In this document: positions 26,700 through 41,200 of the stretch, piece by piece
Numbering within the stretch: the first letter of the stretch is position 1
Layout of the letters: each line of letters opens with the position of its first letter
DNA from: Bispira polyomma
Taxonomy: Eukaryota
Direction: 5' to 3'
Assembly (NCBI GenBank): GCA_965649765.1
Contig: OZ287754.1
Coordinates: 67,828,001-67,892,000, forward strand
DNA: 64,000 nucleotides
Program-made: the position numbers and the translations under genes
Notes under the pieces: generated by a model
Told to the model about the DNA's origin: nothing
The model's input: the letters and a program-made list of their open reading frames with translations, nothing else
The model's database searches: none

Positions 26700-28311
26700 A
26701 TTAGCTCACTTACTGAGGGACATGTACCTGATGGTTTTAAACAGCTGTGGTTACTCCTCTTATTAAGAAGGCTTCTCTTCCAGTTGATGACCTAAAGAAT
26801 TATCGCCCTGTATCTGGTCTTAGTTTCATATCAAAACTGGTTGAACGTGTGGTTGCTAGGCAACTGTTAGATCACATCTTTGTCCACAACTTAGACAACC
26901 CATACCAGTCTGCATATAAAACAGGTCATTTGACTGAGACAGCTCTTCTGTTCATACAAAATGAAGTTCACCTATCTTTATCAAGAGGGGAACCTACTGC
27001 CCTGGTATTGCTTGACCTCTCTGCTGCCTTTGACACCATTGATCATTCCACGCTTCTCAGTTGTCTTCAGACTGGGTTTGGAGTTAGAGGCTCTGTTCTT
27101 AAATGGTTCACTTCCTACTTAACTGATCGTTATCAGTCGATAAAATTTGGCTCTACTTTGTCCAATCTTTGTAAACTCTTGTTTGGTGTTCCTCAAGGTT
27201 CTGTTTTGGGCCCTCTGTTGTTCTCATTATGCACTGCCCCTCTCAGATTGGTTATTGGCAAATACACAGGAATTAAGTTTCATTTTTATGCAGATGATAC
27301 CCAAATTTATGTGCACCTATTCCATAAGAACACATATACTGCCTTTGAACAGTTGAACAGGTGCCTTGACGATGTGAAAGAGTGGATGTCAACTGGTGAA
27401 CTCAAACTTAATCCCGACAAGACTGAGTTCATAATCATTGGCTCAAAAGAACAGAAGGATAAGTTGAAAGCATTGTTTCCAGTTGACATCCTGGGTAGCC
27501 CTTTCAGTCCAGCTGATTCTGTCAAGAACCTGGGTGTATGGTTTGACTGACTTTTCTTTCTCTAAACATGTTCAGAGTGTCTGCAAAAGCTGTTTTGTGC
27601 AACTCCGGGACTTTAGATGTGTCAGACGGTTTCTCACTTATGATGCTTCTATACTTGTGGCCAATGCTTTTGTCAGTAGTAGACTGGATTACTGCAATTC
27701 GCTTTTCAGGAGTCTCTCAAAGTTTAATTTACACAAATTACAATGCATTCAAAATATTGCAGCTAGAATTGTGTCAAACACCAGTCGATACACCAATATA
27801 ACTCCTGTTCTTAAGAAATTGCATTGGCTCCCTGTTGAACAGCGTTCAGTGTGTAAGACAGCTACACTTATTTATAAGTTTCTCCACACTGGGTTTCCAA
27901 AGTATTTTGCCCCATATCTTTCCACTTATAGTAGTTCCTACAATAACAGACGTAGTCGGAGTGGTAGTAATTTTCTTATTGTTCCGAAGTTCCACCCATC
28001 TACTCAAAAGTCGGTTAAACAGTTTGGTCACAGCTTTGCTTTTGATGCTCCCATTGTTTGGAATGCTCTTCCTGATGTGATTCGTGCTTCCCCCTCACTA
28101 ACCTGTTTTAGAAAGAAGCTTAAAACCCATTTGTACACGAAAGCATATCCACCTCAGTCTCAATCATCCCCCGGCATGCTCTATGTTGCTGACCCTTTTT
28201 CTGTCCCTTGATTTTGGAAATTGGATAAATGTCTTTTGTCCTGGTACGCCTTAGAGTCCCCTTTGTTAAGGGGAGATTAAGCACAATAAAAGTCTAATTA
28301 CAATTACAATT
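26700..28311 (+). mobile_element. 5'-truncated L2-clade LINE, best-preserved copy of its family here
   Basis: ORFs 26747-27550 and 27483-28211: NYRPVSGLSFISKLVER, LLDLSAAFDTIDH, GVPQGSVLGPLLF, YADDTQ, SRLDYCNS, LHWLPV; frameshift near 27548; (ttacaa)n tail. Confidence 0.95.
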
Positions 28312-29179
28312 ATTTGCATATTCCAAAGAATTTAGGATTGCCTTTATTGGTGTTAAAATTGCAAACAATTGCTGTATTTTTAATTTGTCAGTAAGTGCAA
28401 ACATTTACTATTTTTATCTTTACTATTTCTGTAACTTAGTGTTTAGTTATTATTTCAGAGAATAGCAACATCACAAAAATTGTTTTGACCACTATGTATA
28501 TAACAGTTTGGCCAATTTTGTTTCAGTGAAATGTGTGTCATTTTGAGTAAGATGTGTATCTATACAATAAAATCCCATGTTTGCACCTGTATTCTTTAAA
28601 AGGAAATTACATGTACTCTTTTGTAATTAGTACAAATCTCTTGGGCACCTACATATTGTTAGATATGTCTGTGTAATCGTGTTATATATCCCCAATAGCT
28701 GATGGTAAAAAGGGATTCTTGTTAAACTCTAATATAACATTTTTATATCAAAATGCTGGTCACCTTTCTGTCACGTTCTGTCACTAAAACATCACATAGA
28801 CGTCACTAACTTGAACAAATGTGCACTTATGGCCAATGATATGTCCAAATCAACACTTATTGTCACTTATCCTGGCAAATACATGAAAAATCCATGTTTT
28901 CCCCATATATTTATTTTTGTTTGGTTTGACTTTGGTTACATTATTTGGAGACAACATGCAGTACAGGGGCCTGAAATATTTAAGACTGTTTACTGTCAGT
29001 CTCAGTGTTTTGAGCACACTTAACACTAAGCAAAGATCTGTTCTTACTGTCACTGGCGTAAAGACCAAAATCTTTTCAGCATAAAACCAACACCAAAATC
29101 ATAAGCTTAAAACTTGGATAAGACTGGGACCTTTTTTTTTGTGTCTACGGGCCTCAAGTGTCGAACATGTACGTAAGAC

Positions 29180-31090
29180 GTAATTCTATTCTTAAATACT
29201 TGGGCGCCATAATGCACTCCTGTAGGACTGCTAGTGGTCTGAATGTCGGATTATGAACATAATATCTATGTGTGTTACTCATCAGGAGTATAACCACTTG
29301 GATGTTTTATCAGGCGGCAGATCATTCCACAGCTTAGGAGCATTATATGAGAAACTATTGTTAAAATGTCTTTTTGACTTGTGAACTGATTGTACAAGGT
29401 AGGGACACTTAAGGAAGCATTCTCAGGCCTACTAAGTCTTGTATTGTATTGACATTATAGGGAGACGAGTAAGGACTGAAATATGGGGGGAAACCTGAAT
29501 TGAGTTATTTACAGACTAAGGCAGCAGTTATGAATCTAAACTCTATGTAAGTAAACGTAGACTTCCTCATTACTATCCAAGCCAAACTGTGTTGGACACA
29601 CTGCAATTTGCGCAGGTCAATCCCTGCAAAAGAGAGTTACAATAATCAAGGCGACTGCTGACCAGGGCATTTGCCATCATGGTTGCAGTGCAGACAGGTC
29701 TCACTTGTCTCAGGTCTCTCAACTGGATAAAATAAGTCCTACAAACAGACTGAACATGTTTGTCAAATGATAAAACCGGATTAAAGGTGACACCAAGCTT
29801 TCTGGCAGTACCAGCCAAACCCTCACATTGTGATCTAGCTCCAAAAAGAATGAATTCTGTTTTATCCTGATTGAGTTTCACCTTATTTTTCAAACATCCA
29901 CTTGTGAACCTCGTCAAGGCAGCTTTTAAATTTAAATGTAGAAGTTGCATTTCTATTTGATAAATAAACATAAAGTTGTGTATCGTTCGCATAGAAAATT
30001 TAATTGGACCCAAAACTGAGCCCTGAGGTACACCAAACTCTAACTTAGGCACGTCTGGCAGAGAAAACCCTATTTTAACTGCTTGGTATCGATTTGAGAG
30101 ATATGAAGTGAACCATTTCAAGACAGTGCCTTGGAAACCAAACCATTATGACAAACAGTCAAGAAGTGTGCTGTGATCAATTGTATCAAAGGCAGCCAAC
30201 AGATCAATCAACACTAATGCTGTGGGTTCGGATTTGGATAAAGAAATGTGTATATCGTTCTTTATAGAAATAAAGCTGTTTCTGTCGATTGACTACACTT
30301 TTAGGCTGATTGATTTGAATTTCCCAGTCCATTGGCATTTAGGTGCTCTGTTATTTATTTGGTGACAGCTTTTTCTATCAGCGTAGAGACAAACTTAATG
30401 CAGACACAGGCCTATAGTTCTTGAGTTTCTCCTTTTTCAGAGATGGTGTTTTAATGAGAGATGTCGCTAGCACCTTATTAAACACATCAGGGAAGGCACC
30501 ATTAACCAATGCTATGTTGACAAGCTTAGTAATTGAGGGAAGAAGGATGACAATGCACTCCTTAACAAGTGACGTAGTCCAAGTATCCAGTTGACAAGAT
30601 TTGGTGGGTGAATCTTTTAAAACTTCTTTGTCAGTCAATTTTTTTAATGTCAAAAGAGATGGAGGGGCAGTATTTTCTTTAGTGACAGACTTGTAATGAT
30701 CACTTATGATTTTGTTTTTCTGTGGCACCAATCTATCTGTTTCCTTAAGCGAGTTAAGCTATTTGCAACAGATTTATCCCTACGCCATACCCTTTTATAC
30801 TGACACCGGAGAGACTTAGCAATGTGGTATGATTCTGTAAGGCACTTGGGAGCAGGTTTTTTAAGGATCTGTTTGTTTCGGGTGCACGTCAATCTAATAA
30901 CATGGTGAGGTTTGAAATATACTATTCGCGTAGAGTTAAGACATTGCCGGCTGGATTTATAACAAAGGAAGTGCATACAAGGTCAGCTCTGAGCTGAGAC
31001 ATCTTAATTTTGTGAAATTGTCGGAAAGTTTTTGTGTTACTTTTACAATCATTTGAAGACTTTTGATTGATCTGGCATGTAATTATTGCA
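29180..31090 (-). mobile_element. Degraded L2-clade LINE (different subfamily)
   Basis: ORFs 29573-30121 (GVPQGSVLGP, SRLDYCNS) and 30378-30731 (PTKSCQLD, NYRPVS). Confidence 0.9.
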
Positions 31091-31389
31091 TGATCGGATA
31101 TACAGGTTAAGCACTTTTATGATCCACTGTAATAATAAAATGTATAAAAGTTTCTTGAACTAAAACTCTGCCTACTTAGATGAAGATAGATGCAGATAAA
31201 TTTTATCGATGAATATATCAAAAGATATGGGATGGGAAAATTAACTTTGCGCATGGTACTGATCAAAGTAAAGGTGTAGCTATATTGATACCCAAAAAAT
31301 CTGGGAGAAAAGATAAACATTGTTGAAACTGAAAGAGATCAACTAGGTAGGGTTATTATTACAGATTGTGAAATCCAAAGAAACCATTT

Positions 31390-31642
31390 GGGGGCCGCGG
31401 TGGCCTAGTGGTTAGCAAGCATTGCACTTCACAATCACTGGTCTCTCATCTATGGGTGGCATCAGTTTGACTCCCGTTGACGCCTATGTGGAAAACGTGG
31501 TAGTTCCTCACTGTGGGCCGATGGTTTTTTTACAGAATCTTGATCAACTGTATGCAGTGTTTCCTCCAGCGTTTCCAACTAACCGTCCCAATATAACCTA
31601 AACAGGTACTAGAGTGGACGTTAAATATCCAAATTCAAATCA
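31390..31642 (+). mobile_element. Full-length tRNA-derived SINE with 13 bp TSD
   Basis: Head 'gggggccgcggtggcctagtggttagc' (A box), 'agtttgactccc' (B box); TSD 'aaagaaaccattt' at 31377-31389 and 31643-31655. Confidence 0.9.
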
Positions 31643-32434
31643 AAAGAAACCATTTAACGCTTGTAAATGTACATGCACCTACGAAAGATAAATCCGGCTT
31701 GCAACTTGAATTTTTACACAAATCAAGGGAAATGCTTGAGAAGAGTGACAGAAATATTATTATCTGGGGAGATCTTAATACCTAGCTAAACTATAATTTA
31801 GATAAAAGAGAAGGTCAAACAAAAACTGAATCAAAATCTTCTAAACAATTGTCTATGTTTGCAGAAGAACTGAGTTTAATTGACATCCGGATAATTAGAA
31901 ACCCAGATGAATTAAAATTCACAAGAAATATTTTATCAGATTTGTGATTGCTCTATTAAATCTGGTTTTAAATCACATCATAGTCTTGTCAAACTAAAGC
32001 TACAGCTTACTCATACTCAGTCGAGAGGTAAAAGTTACTGGAAGTTAACAATAGTTTATTATGTGATAGCACCTATGTAAGCTTGGTAGACAAGAATTGC
32101 AAGATATATCTAGTAATGAATATTTAAAAAATAAAAACACTCTGTGGGATTTTTGCAAAATGCCAAATACACACTGTTACTTTATCTTACTGTAAATCAC
32201 TTTTACAAAAAATAGAGAAGAGAAAAACAGCTTGTTAAAAACATATAGAAATACTGGAAAGGAAAACTTTAGAAGAAAAACTCCAGGAATATTAAAGTAA
32301 AAGGGAAATGGGAAAAACTTTATACTACTAAAGCTGAAGGTGTAATGTTAAATATATAAAGAAATTATTAACAAGTAACTCAACTGAGTTAACAAGACCA
32401 GAAGACATTTTAGCAGAAGAAAAATCCTATTATT

Positions 32435-33302
32435 ATTGGTGATTGGCAAATACAAAGGTATTAAGTTTCATTTTTTATGCAGATGATACCCAAATTTATG
32501 TGCACTTATCCCATAAGAATACATCTACTACCTTTGAACAGTTGAACAGGTGCCTTCACGATGTTAAAGAGTGGGTGTTAACTGGTGTATTGTTTGACTC
32601 TGACTTTTCCTTTTCTAAACACGTTCAGAGTGTCTGCAAAAGTTGTTTTGTGCAACTCCGGGACTTTAGACAGTGTCAGGCGGTTTCTCACTTATGATGC
32701 TTCCATACTGGTAAACTGGATTACTGCAATTCACTTTTCAGGAGTCTTTCAAAGTTTAATTTACGTAAATTACAATGCATTCAAAATAGTGCAGCTAGAA
32801 TTGTGTCAAATACTAGTCGATACACCAGTATAACTCCTGTCCTCCTGGCGTTCAGTGTTTAAGACAGTTACACTTATTAATAAGTTTCTCCACACTGGGT
32901 TCCAAAGTATTTTCCCCATATCTTTCCACTTACAGTAGTTCCTACAATACCAGACATAGTCAGAGTAATAGTAATCCGAAGTTCCACCCCTCTACTCAAA
33001 AGTCGGTTAAACAATTTGGTCACAGCGTTGCTTTTGATGCTCCCATTGTTTGGAATGCTCTTCCTGATGTGATTCGTGCTTCCCCCTCACTAGCCTGTTT
33101 TAGAAAGAAGCTTAAAACCCACTTGTACACCAAAGCATACCTATCTTAGACTCAATCATCCCCTGGTGTGCTCTATAGTGCTCGACCCTTTTCTGTCCCT
33201 GGATATTGAAATTAAATTACTGTCTTTTGCGCTGTTGCACCTTAGAGTTCCTTTCGTTAAGAAGAGATTAAGCGCTACAAAAGTCTAATTACAATTACAA
33301 TT
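32435..33302 (+). mobile_element. 5'-truncated L2 copy nested in the L1/Tx1 element
   Basis: Same family as 26700-28311 (FYADDTQIY, identical (ttacaa)n tail); L1 sequence resumes on both sides. Confidence 0.9.
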
Positions 33303-36300
33303 ATTATGACCTTTACTAAACTCGGGTCCATGATGAAATAGGACTATACATAAAAATTTTAGAAAATGACAGTATACCAAGGTTAAATGATATTGATAAA
33401 CAGATTTGTGATGGTTCTTTAAAGCTTGAAGAAATTTTAAAGGCCCTAAAGCAATTAAAAAAATAATAAAACTCCAGGTAGCAATGGCTTTACTACAAAC
33501 TTTTAGTATTTTTTTTCTCCTGATATTAAAGTCTTTATTTGACAGCTTCAGGTATTCTTTTGAACACAAATTCTTATGAAATAATTAGAGAGGAGGCATA
33601 CTTACTCTAACACTCAAAGCTAATAAAGATCTGCGCTATTTGCGAAATTAAAGACCTGTAAGCATTTTAAACACAGATTATAAGATATTATAATATATAT
33701 TACCTAGATTAGTTCAAAATAACCAAGTAGGTTGTATCAAAGACAGATATATTGGTGATAATGTAAGAATTATTGACAATAATATGGCATATACAAATCT
33801 GAGACATATTCTAGGATATATTGTACTAATTGATTTGAAAAAGCTTTTGGCAGTGTGGAATAGTCAATTTTGTTTAAGACACTGAATGCATTAGATTTTG
33901 GAACAAGTTTTCTCCATTGGGTTAAAATATTTTACACAAAGATTCAATCTTGTGTCACAAATAATCTGTTGACTACTTTGAACTGAGCAAAAGCAAGGAT
34001 GCCCTTAGTCCGCACTTTTTTATTTTGGTAGTTATGGCATTCAAGATAAGAAAGAATAAAAACATTAATTACCATCGAGAAAAAGGAAAACAAAATTTGT
34101 CAATTAGCAGACGATACTACTTTATTAACTCTCTTGTTCAATTGATATTACTGCTTGTGAAATTTCAAAATTGCTTAGGTTTAAATATAAATCTAGGGAA
34201 ATCTTAAGTAATTCCAATTGGAATATGCAAATTTAAAGATATTAAGTTACCTAAGGCAATAAGTATAATGCACATAAATAAAAATGCTTTGGAAACATTG
34301 GGTATTTTTTTATATAATTTAAATGAATCAACCTATTTGAATTATGAGAATAAATTAAAAACTATGGAATCTATATTAAATATTTGGCACAGCAGAAACC
34401 TTTCTTCGAAGGGGTAAATATTAATCAAGAAGTCCTAAATCCTGCCACAAGTCAATTCTGTTTTATTTGTGACTTATTGTTCCCTAAATATATTACAGAA
34501 AATAGACAAATTTGCATTAACTTTTTTTGTGGGAAATAAACCCCCAAAGATAAGAAGTGTCATAATAGGAAATTACTCTGAGGGTTGGCTTAAAATCCTT
34601 AATACATTTACTATACATACAATATCAAAAATAAAATGGGTAAATAAATTGATAACTGAAAAACAGAAAGAAATTGGCAACCTTTATTTGAGTATCTTTT
34701 AAATATAAAAACGAATAGACTTAAAAAGAAATTACTTCATGATCTAAGAAATAAATGCCTTACCAGCTTTCACAAACAGAATTAGATCAAGGGTAAATGT
34801 ACTACAATATTCACTAAGATTGCAAGTGTCAATGAGCAAAAGAAAGGTTTGTCTACATAAATGTCACAAATCGCCACAAATAACAAAGGAGGAGATAGAT
34901 AACAGATAACCAACAAAAACAAGGAACTTATCCAGAAATCTAAATATATATGAACCTGGAGGTCAGTAAATGCATGAAAAAACCTAGTCTGTTTACCGGA
35001 ACCGACTGATATAAGAATATTTATAAAAGTAATGTAGTCAAGAGTAGAACTAGTTTTTTAATCAATTTTCTTTTGACTTAAAACCCCACACCAACACTTT
35101 TCCTTGACAGACAAGGTTCATGTATCAGCTGGAAGCTAGAGGGAGTGAGTGAAGGAAGGGCTATCATTTGGTCTTTTATGTGTTTCAGTCACTGCTAAAA
35201 TATCATATCCATCCGATGTCAGAATATAACTTATGATGGGCTCTTTATTTTGAACCTAGCGACAATTGGCCAGCCGAAATTTTGTTGGGCCTGGATTACT
35301 GGTAATGTTGGCAGATAGGAGTAGCAGTAGACATAGTTGAGATGATTTGATTGCCAGTGGAAAGAATGTTATTTTTTTTTTTTTTTTTTTGAGATCTCTG
35401 GATAATATGTGTAATTTGAGGAAATGACGTAATTATCATTTTCCAGATGTTATTCAGAATTTTTGATGTTGGTAATAGCACTTTGCCGTTTTTGAAGCAG
35501 CCACGAACAGCAAAACAAAAACGAGGTATGTGACAAAATACAAATTAGATAAGTGAAGAGAAACACTACCAATCCGCCTTAAAATATATAGGAGTAGTGC
35601 AGCACTCAAACAATGTTCTTTCCTTAAACTTAAAGTTTGTCCGGGGGGTGACTCCCAGACTCCCTTTGCTCTGCCAAAAATAGCTAGAAAAATTATGCAA
35701 TCAAGAAATAAACACCATGCGATAACACAAGAAACGATTAAAAAGAGGGGGCCTGATAGGTTATGGAGTGTGGTTAAATACAAGCCAAAAGACAGTGTCC
35801 GATTTAAGTGATAGACATGAAATAACACACTACCACACTACTGCTACACACTACCAACTTTTGTATTTTACAAAAACCTTAAATTTGACAAAACCATACT
35901 GCCGATATTACCCGTTCAGTGGGCGATAATACCCAATATACAGAAAACAGTTAAACAGGGACTAATGAAGTAAAATCAAATATTGCATGTTATAAAACGA
36001 TACACAATATAATAGAAAAACATTTAAAATCCTGAAAAACACAATATGAATAGTTAAATCTTTAAAACCAATTTCAAATTAAAGGGAACAGCATCCAGGG
36101 ACATACTAAAATGACAACGTTAATATCTATCTGAATGACATCTATTTGGTGATGCAAACAATATCATTTTAACTGAATTAACATGACAATTGTTTGTGTG
36201 TCCTCTGTTTTACAGCTATATCTTCAGTCATTTAGAATAATCTTATAAAAACATGTGTGAAGATTTATATTTACTTGGTTTATTACAATGACATGTACAT

Positions 36301-37811
36301 TACATGATAGGTAATGTTTATTGCATAACAGTATCACATTGCAGGATAAATTGCAAAACAACCAGATTACATATGTATTAATGTACCCGCCCTATGTATA
36401 TAACATATTTTGTATGGAAATGTATTATATATATTGTTGATCTGCTTCATTGAGGTAAGGCATGTTCTAAAGCACAATCAATCTATCGTGCCCTACACTA
36501 CAGCCTGGGTTGTCAACATCATGGATGTGAAGGATGCTATCCCACAAATAAACTTAGTGGAAAGCAGCAGGAGACAAACCCGGGAAACTTATGATCACCA
36601 TACCAACTCCTTAACCAGTAGGCACATAATAGATAACATACATTAATTGACAAACATAAATATAACCAGGCATACAATACAATTTAGCATTTCTTTCAGA
36701 CCAAAAAAAAAACGTGAACAAAATTGATCCTCTTTATTTACTTTTTGATTGATTTAAAACACACTGACAAAACAATCAATAATGGATGACGGTGAATCTA
36801 CATTTAGTTCGGTACAATATTTAGAACAGATTTTTTTTCCAGCAATTTTTTTTTTTTTTTTAGATTGCCAACACTGGTGCTGTAACTTGTTGTTATTGAC
36901 ATCTGTTTTAAGTCAAGTATTAAAGCTAGATTTCCAAATGTGCAATCAAAATACCAGTTTAGCTTGTATGATTTAATGTGTGTGTCAATACTGTGAAAAT
37001 TCGTTTGACCTGCAAACTGGGGCCGCCGTGAGCATGCGTGCTTATGTAATGACCCCATGGTAGACTACATATACATGGTTTTGTTTACACAACACTTATA
37101 GTTGTTATCTTAATTATTATCTTTTGTAATATTCCAAATTCATGACATCACTACGCATGTCTGCTCTGAATTCTGGGGAAAAGGTTACCCACTAATTGAT
37201 TCAGTCAATACAAACAAATGACTGGAATCTTTTTTTTTTTTCATTTTTTAGTCATTTCTGAAGATTCAGATGTCAATATTTAAAGACATATGTGACCTGT
37301 TCTTAGAATGAAGTAACTAATAAATATATATGTACTGTATTTTGCAAAGAATACACATTTATATTAATTGTATGTATGCAAAATAAGGCTGTGCACTGTA
37401 CTATTAATGCAAAATAAGCACCATCGTTCTGGTGACATCGTTTGGAGGTACACAGGTGTTCATCACACCGGTCGAGTCAAAATACCATCCACTGTGGTCT
37501 TTAAGTACTAATGACAAACCAAAGATTTTTTGCTTAAGTATATCAATTAAACTTACAGAAAAATTCAACGTTTATCAATGATAGCATCATCTTATGTCTA
37601 TAAATATTGCGTGAAGAAGTATTATGACCAAAGCAGAATTATGAATTATCTGTGTACCGCTTATAGGCAGTTACATCAATTGCAAACATTATCACATCCA
37701 GCTTATCTGAAATATGTCCCAACAGAAAATAAAATGAAGTAGTATTTCTTCAATCATTATGTCTTGAGTGTCATTCATACAAGTATGTTTGCTAACATCC
37801 ACATAGATCAT

Positions 37812-37814
<3 letters not shown>

Positions 37815-37865
<51 letters not shown>

Positions 37866-37871
37866 TATATA
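37815..37871. repeat. (TA)n microsatellite
   Basis: Direct reading; shorter runs at ~8740-8775 and ~45463-45570. Confidence 0.95.
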
Positions 37872-38280
37872 CTGCCTCTTGACAGTGGCTGTAGTATGCT
37901 TGAATGCTTGAGAACAAACCAGGAAGATATATATGTCTAGCTTAATATCTGTGTTAATGTTATTCATCAAGAGATAGAGAAAGATTGAAAATCGGTAGTT
38001 TGGATGTGTGTTGTATAAATAGCCAAGTAAAACAGGATAATAAAAGGACACAGAAATATAAAAACAACAAAACATATCGGGTGCTCTGAAAAAATTTGCT
38101 TGTCCAACTATAACTGTACAATAAAGTGTTTGTGTATATTGGTGAAATGTAAATGTTGCTTTTATAGTGTGTACCAGTTCAATATTACATTAACATATAC
38201 ATAATCAGTTAGGATGATATTTTCAATTCAGCTGTAAAATAGGAGGAGTAAAAAATCACAATTATTTTTTCAAATAAGAG

Positions 38281-41200
38281 ATGGAACGACTAATGACAAC
38301 AGCATCTTCCGGTTCAGTGCAGGATTTACAGAAGTATTTACAGGAATTAGGTCAACCGAGGTCACGTGACCATTTGAACAATAAATACGGGACAGAAAAG
38401 GGCAGCATCATTCACATGGTAATTAATAGGCATTTGCAGCAGAAAGCCGACATTGCCTTTGGTAAACTTGAACTATTGCTGAAACATGGGGCCAGCTTAG
38501 AACAAAGGGATATATACGGCAACAACGCACTGATGCACAGTGCAAAACTGGGTAAGCACACATTAACCGATTGCATGATTCAAAAGAGCAAGGTACCAAT
38601 GTTAATGGAAAGTAATCACTATGGCATGAACTTACTGCATATTGCTTCACTGCGCGGGCACTGGCATGTCCTTGACCTAGTTCTGCAGAAAGTAGGTCAG
38701 GAGAAGTTGCAGAGTTTGCTGAATCAGCAAACCTCCAAACCATTTACCAGATACATCCCTTCTGTAGGCAAGACCCTGAGTATCAAAGCATGGACGCCTC
38801 TGCATTTCGCTGCCATTTGCTGCCATCTGGATTGCCTCAAGTGGCTAGTAAAGCATGGTGCCGACAAGAAAATGGGCAATGCCGAGAGACTGACACCTGG
38901 AGAGATGTTACAAAGTTTCAACATTGTGGAGGAATCAACAGCCATTGCAAAGCAGTGCTATGGGTATATAGTGGCCAGAAAGAAGAATACGAAAGCTGAA
39001 GAGGAGTATCTAAGCACAAAACAACCAGGTAATGCTGCTGAGAGTTCCAAGACCGAGTTTTCTGTCTCTGTTTCATGGCTTTTGTAGTCACCAACGACAC
39101 AGAGGTTACCATTTGCAAAACTTGACAAACCTGACAGGTCGCCCATCACATGAAAGGTGTTATCTTTCTATTTATTCTGTGGTTGTATATTAATTAATCT
39201 AATAGCCATACACATTATTATTACCTATCAACCTACATATTTACTTAAACCGATTTATTTAGTTTTGATGTTAGTAACCATTCCGTCCCTCGTGGTGTGT
39301 ACCATCAGTAAAAGTCAAAGCATCATCAAGGACAAAAAAATCGTTCTGGGAAAAGTTCCATACACTGTTTGCGAATATAGAAGATATTTAGTTCTTCAGT
39401 ACACCCCATGTGAATGGATAAAGTATTTCATATCCCATAAACAAAAGTGTTCATTTTACAAACTAGAAGTGTTGATACGAAGTAAGTTTCTGCCAGGGCC
39501 AAGATAATTCAAAATAGATGAACAATATTTTATCATGTGACTAAATCTCTCATAGAAGTTTTAAAACCAGCATGATCAAATGTGATCCAAAAAACAAATG
39601 TGCTCAGGAATTAATCTAATCTAACTTTTATAGCTCTTATCTCTGTGCTAGCAGATGCTAAAGTGCATGAGATAGGAATTCATTTTGACAATTCCATATA
39701 GCCATTGGGTACACAAGGGTCGTAACCATGGAGACGCTGGAAAAAAGTAAGAAGGATAAGGTGGAAAACCTTTACTAAATAGATATGTTTTGAGCTTTTT
39801 CCTTACACAGGCAAGTGAGGAGGCAGTGTAAATATCATGAGCAGACTAGTCTACAGCTTATGAGCATCATATCAGAAAGCATTGACGATATACAGTGTTT
39901 CAGCTAAATTAATAAATACCATTGTAGGATATGCTTATCACAGACAAACAGAAGTGTTGATCATTTTATCTGCAGTATTTATATAATGAATCAGGCACGT
40001 GTTTTCTTTGAGAAAGGTAAGTCCTTTAAAATACCCTTGTTCAACATTAAAAAGGCATGTTCACATGTTGCCCAAGGATAATATCCAACAGTAACCTATA
40101 TGCCATTACCTGGAGTCAAAGTGAGGAACTGCTGATTATCGAACAAACACCTTAAATCAACGGTAACCTTAGAAAGCACCTTAAACTGATGACCTCAGAG
40201 GTGGGAGGCAAGTGTGTTAACTACTATGCCACCGAGACACCTGGCGTGTATGCAGGAAGTTAGTGGTATAATTGTTGAAGGTATGTGGTTTTCACAGCAA
40301 GAAACCATGATCATCTGTCCTGTTCTGATTTTTTTGTGCATTGCATTGCCTTTTAACTGATACAAGACAAAATGTATTTGCAGTGACGTTATATCCAAAC
40401 TACACCTAACCACTCAGCCAAGGAATGGTACTAAACTAATTATAATTTTTTATTTCAGCACAAGTTGTGAACACAAGGGCAGACACTAAATCCACTATCA
40501 GCAGGAATCAGTCCGTGGAGAAAAACCAGCTCCATAGCGGGAAATCACCAGTGACCAAGTCCAAAATCATAGTTGATTTAGACGAGTATTTGTCGAACTA
40601 TGGAATGCAGTTCAAGGACATCGCCAATAAGCTGATTGAGAGGGAAATTTCAAATGTATCTCAGTCAGCTACAGGTAGTAGTATCACAAAATCTCAATCC
40701 TTAAAATGTCTTACCAAATCAGACCTTCCACTATCATTGACGGTGTAAACTTATAAAGAGTCTTGGTTCTACTGGGATTCAATTCGAGGACCTGACAGGA
40801 TCTTGAGATTAATAGTCTAGTATACTAACAGTTGAGCTAAAGGGGCAACTATGTAAGCAACAGTCTTTAATGTGCTGATATACACGAATATGACAATGGT
40901 TATAGTTTCGAAATAATGCACCTTTTTCCATTCCGACTGTATTGATATGGTAATCTAGTTTTACATAGTATAGAGTTAGGGCAGTGTTATACCAAAAAAC
41001 CAAACGTTTCAATTACAATATAACATTATTATATTTTGTACAGTATCTGAAAAGGTGCCTAATGATCAGGAACCAAAGTATTTACCAAATAAAGCAGAGA
41101 CTGGAAAACCAACATTCGAGAGGTTTGCTACAACATCAACAGATCGAGGCACAGTTCGTGAAATACAAGACAAGGACCTGGCCTTTGTTAGAAATGTATT

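Larger units (their letters stand above)
31100..34790 (+). mobile_element. Degraded L1/Tx1-clade LINE ORF2 (endonuclease + RT) hosting nested SINE and L2
   Basis: Remnants of HGTDQSKGVAILI, NVHAPT, GDLN, KTPGSNGF, RPVSILNTDYKI, GDNVRII and QGCPLS in shifting frames. Confidence 0.85.

Noticed and set aside
31390-31480. tRNA gene
   Set aside because: A/B boxes continue into a SINE body with a tail and TSD; no clean cloverleaf
35040-35940. hAT/Helitron-like non-autonomous element
   Set aside because: GC-rich hairpin-like motifs present, but no TIR, TSD or coding motif could be defined
37692-38075. 127 aa minus-strand ORF
   Set aside because: Kept open by the (TA)n microsatellite (YIYIYI); spurious
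39029-39087. C-terminus of the 268 aa ankyrin ORF as a single-exon gene
   Set aside because: Donor at 39029 joins in phase to four downstream exons; the tail is intron read-through
39157-39507. 116 aa hydrophobic ORF as a membrane protein
   Set aside because: Intronic, AT-rich composition, non-ATG start, no motif
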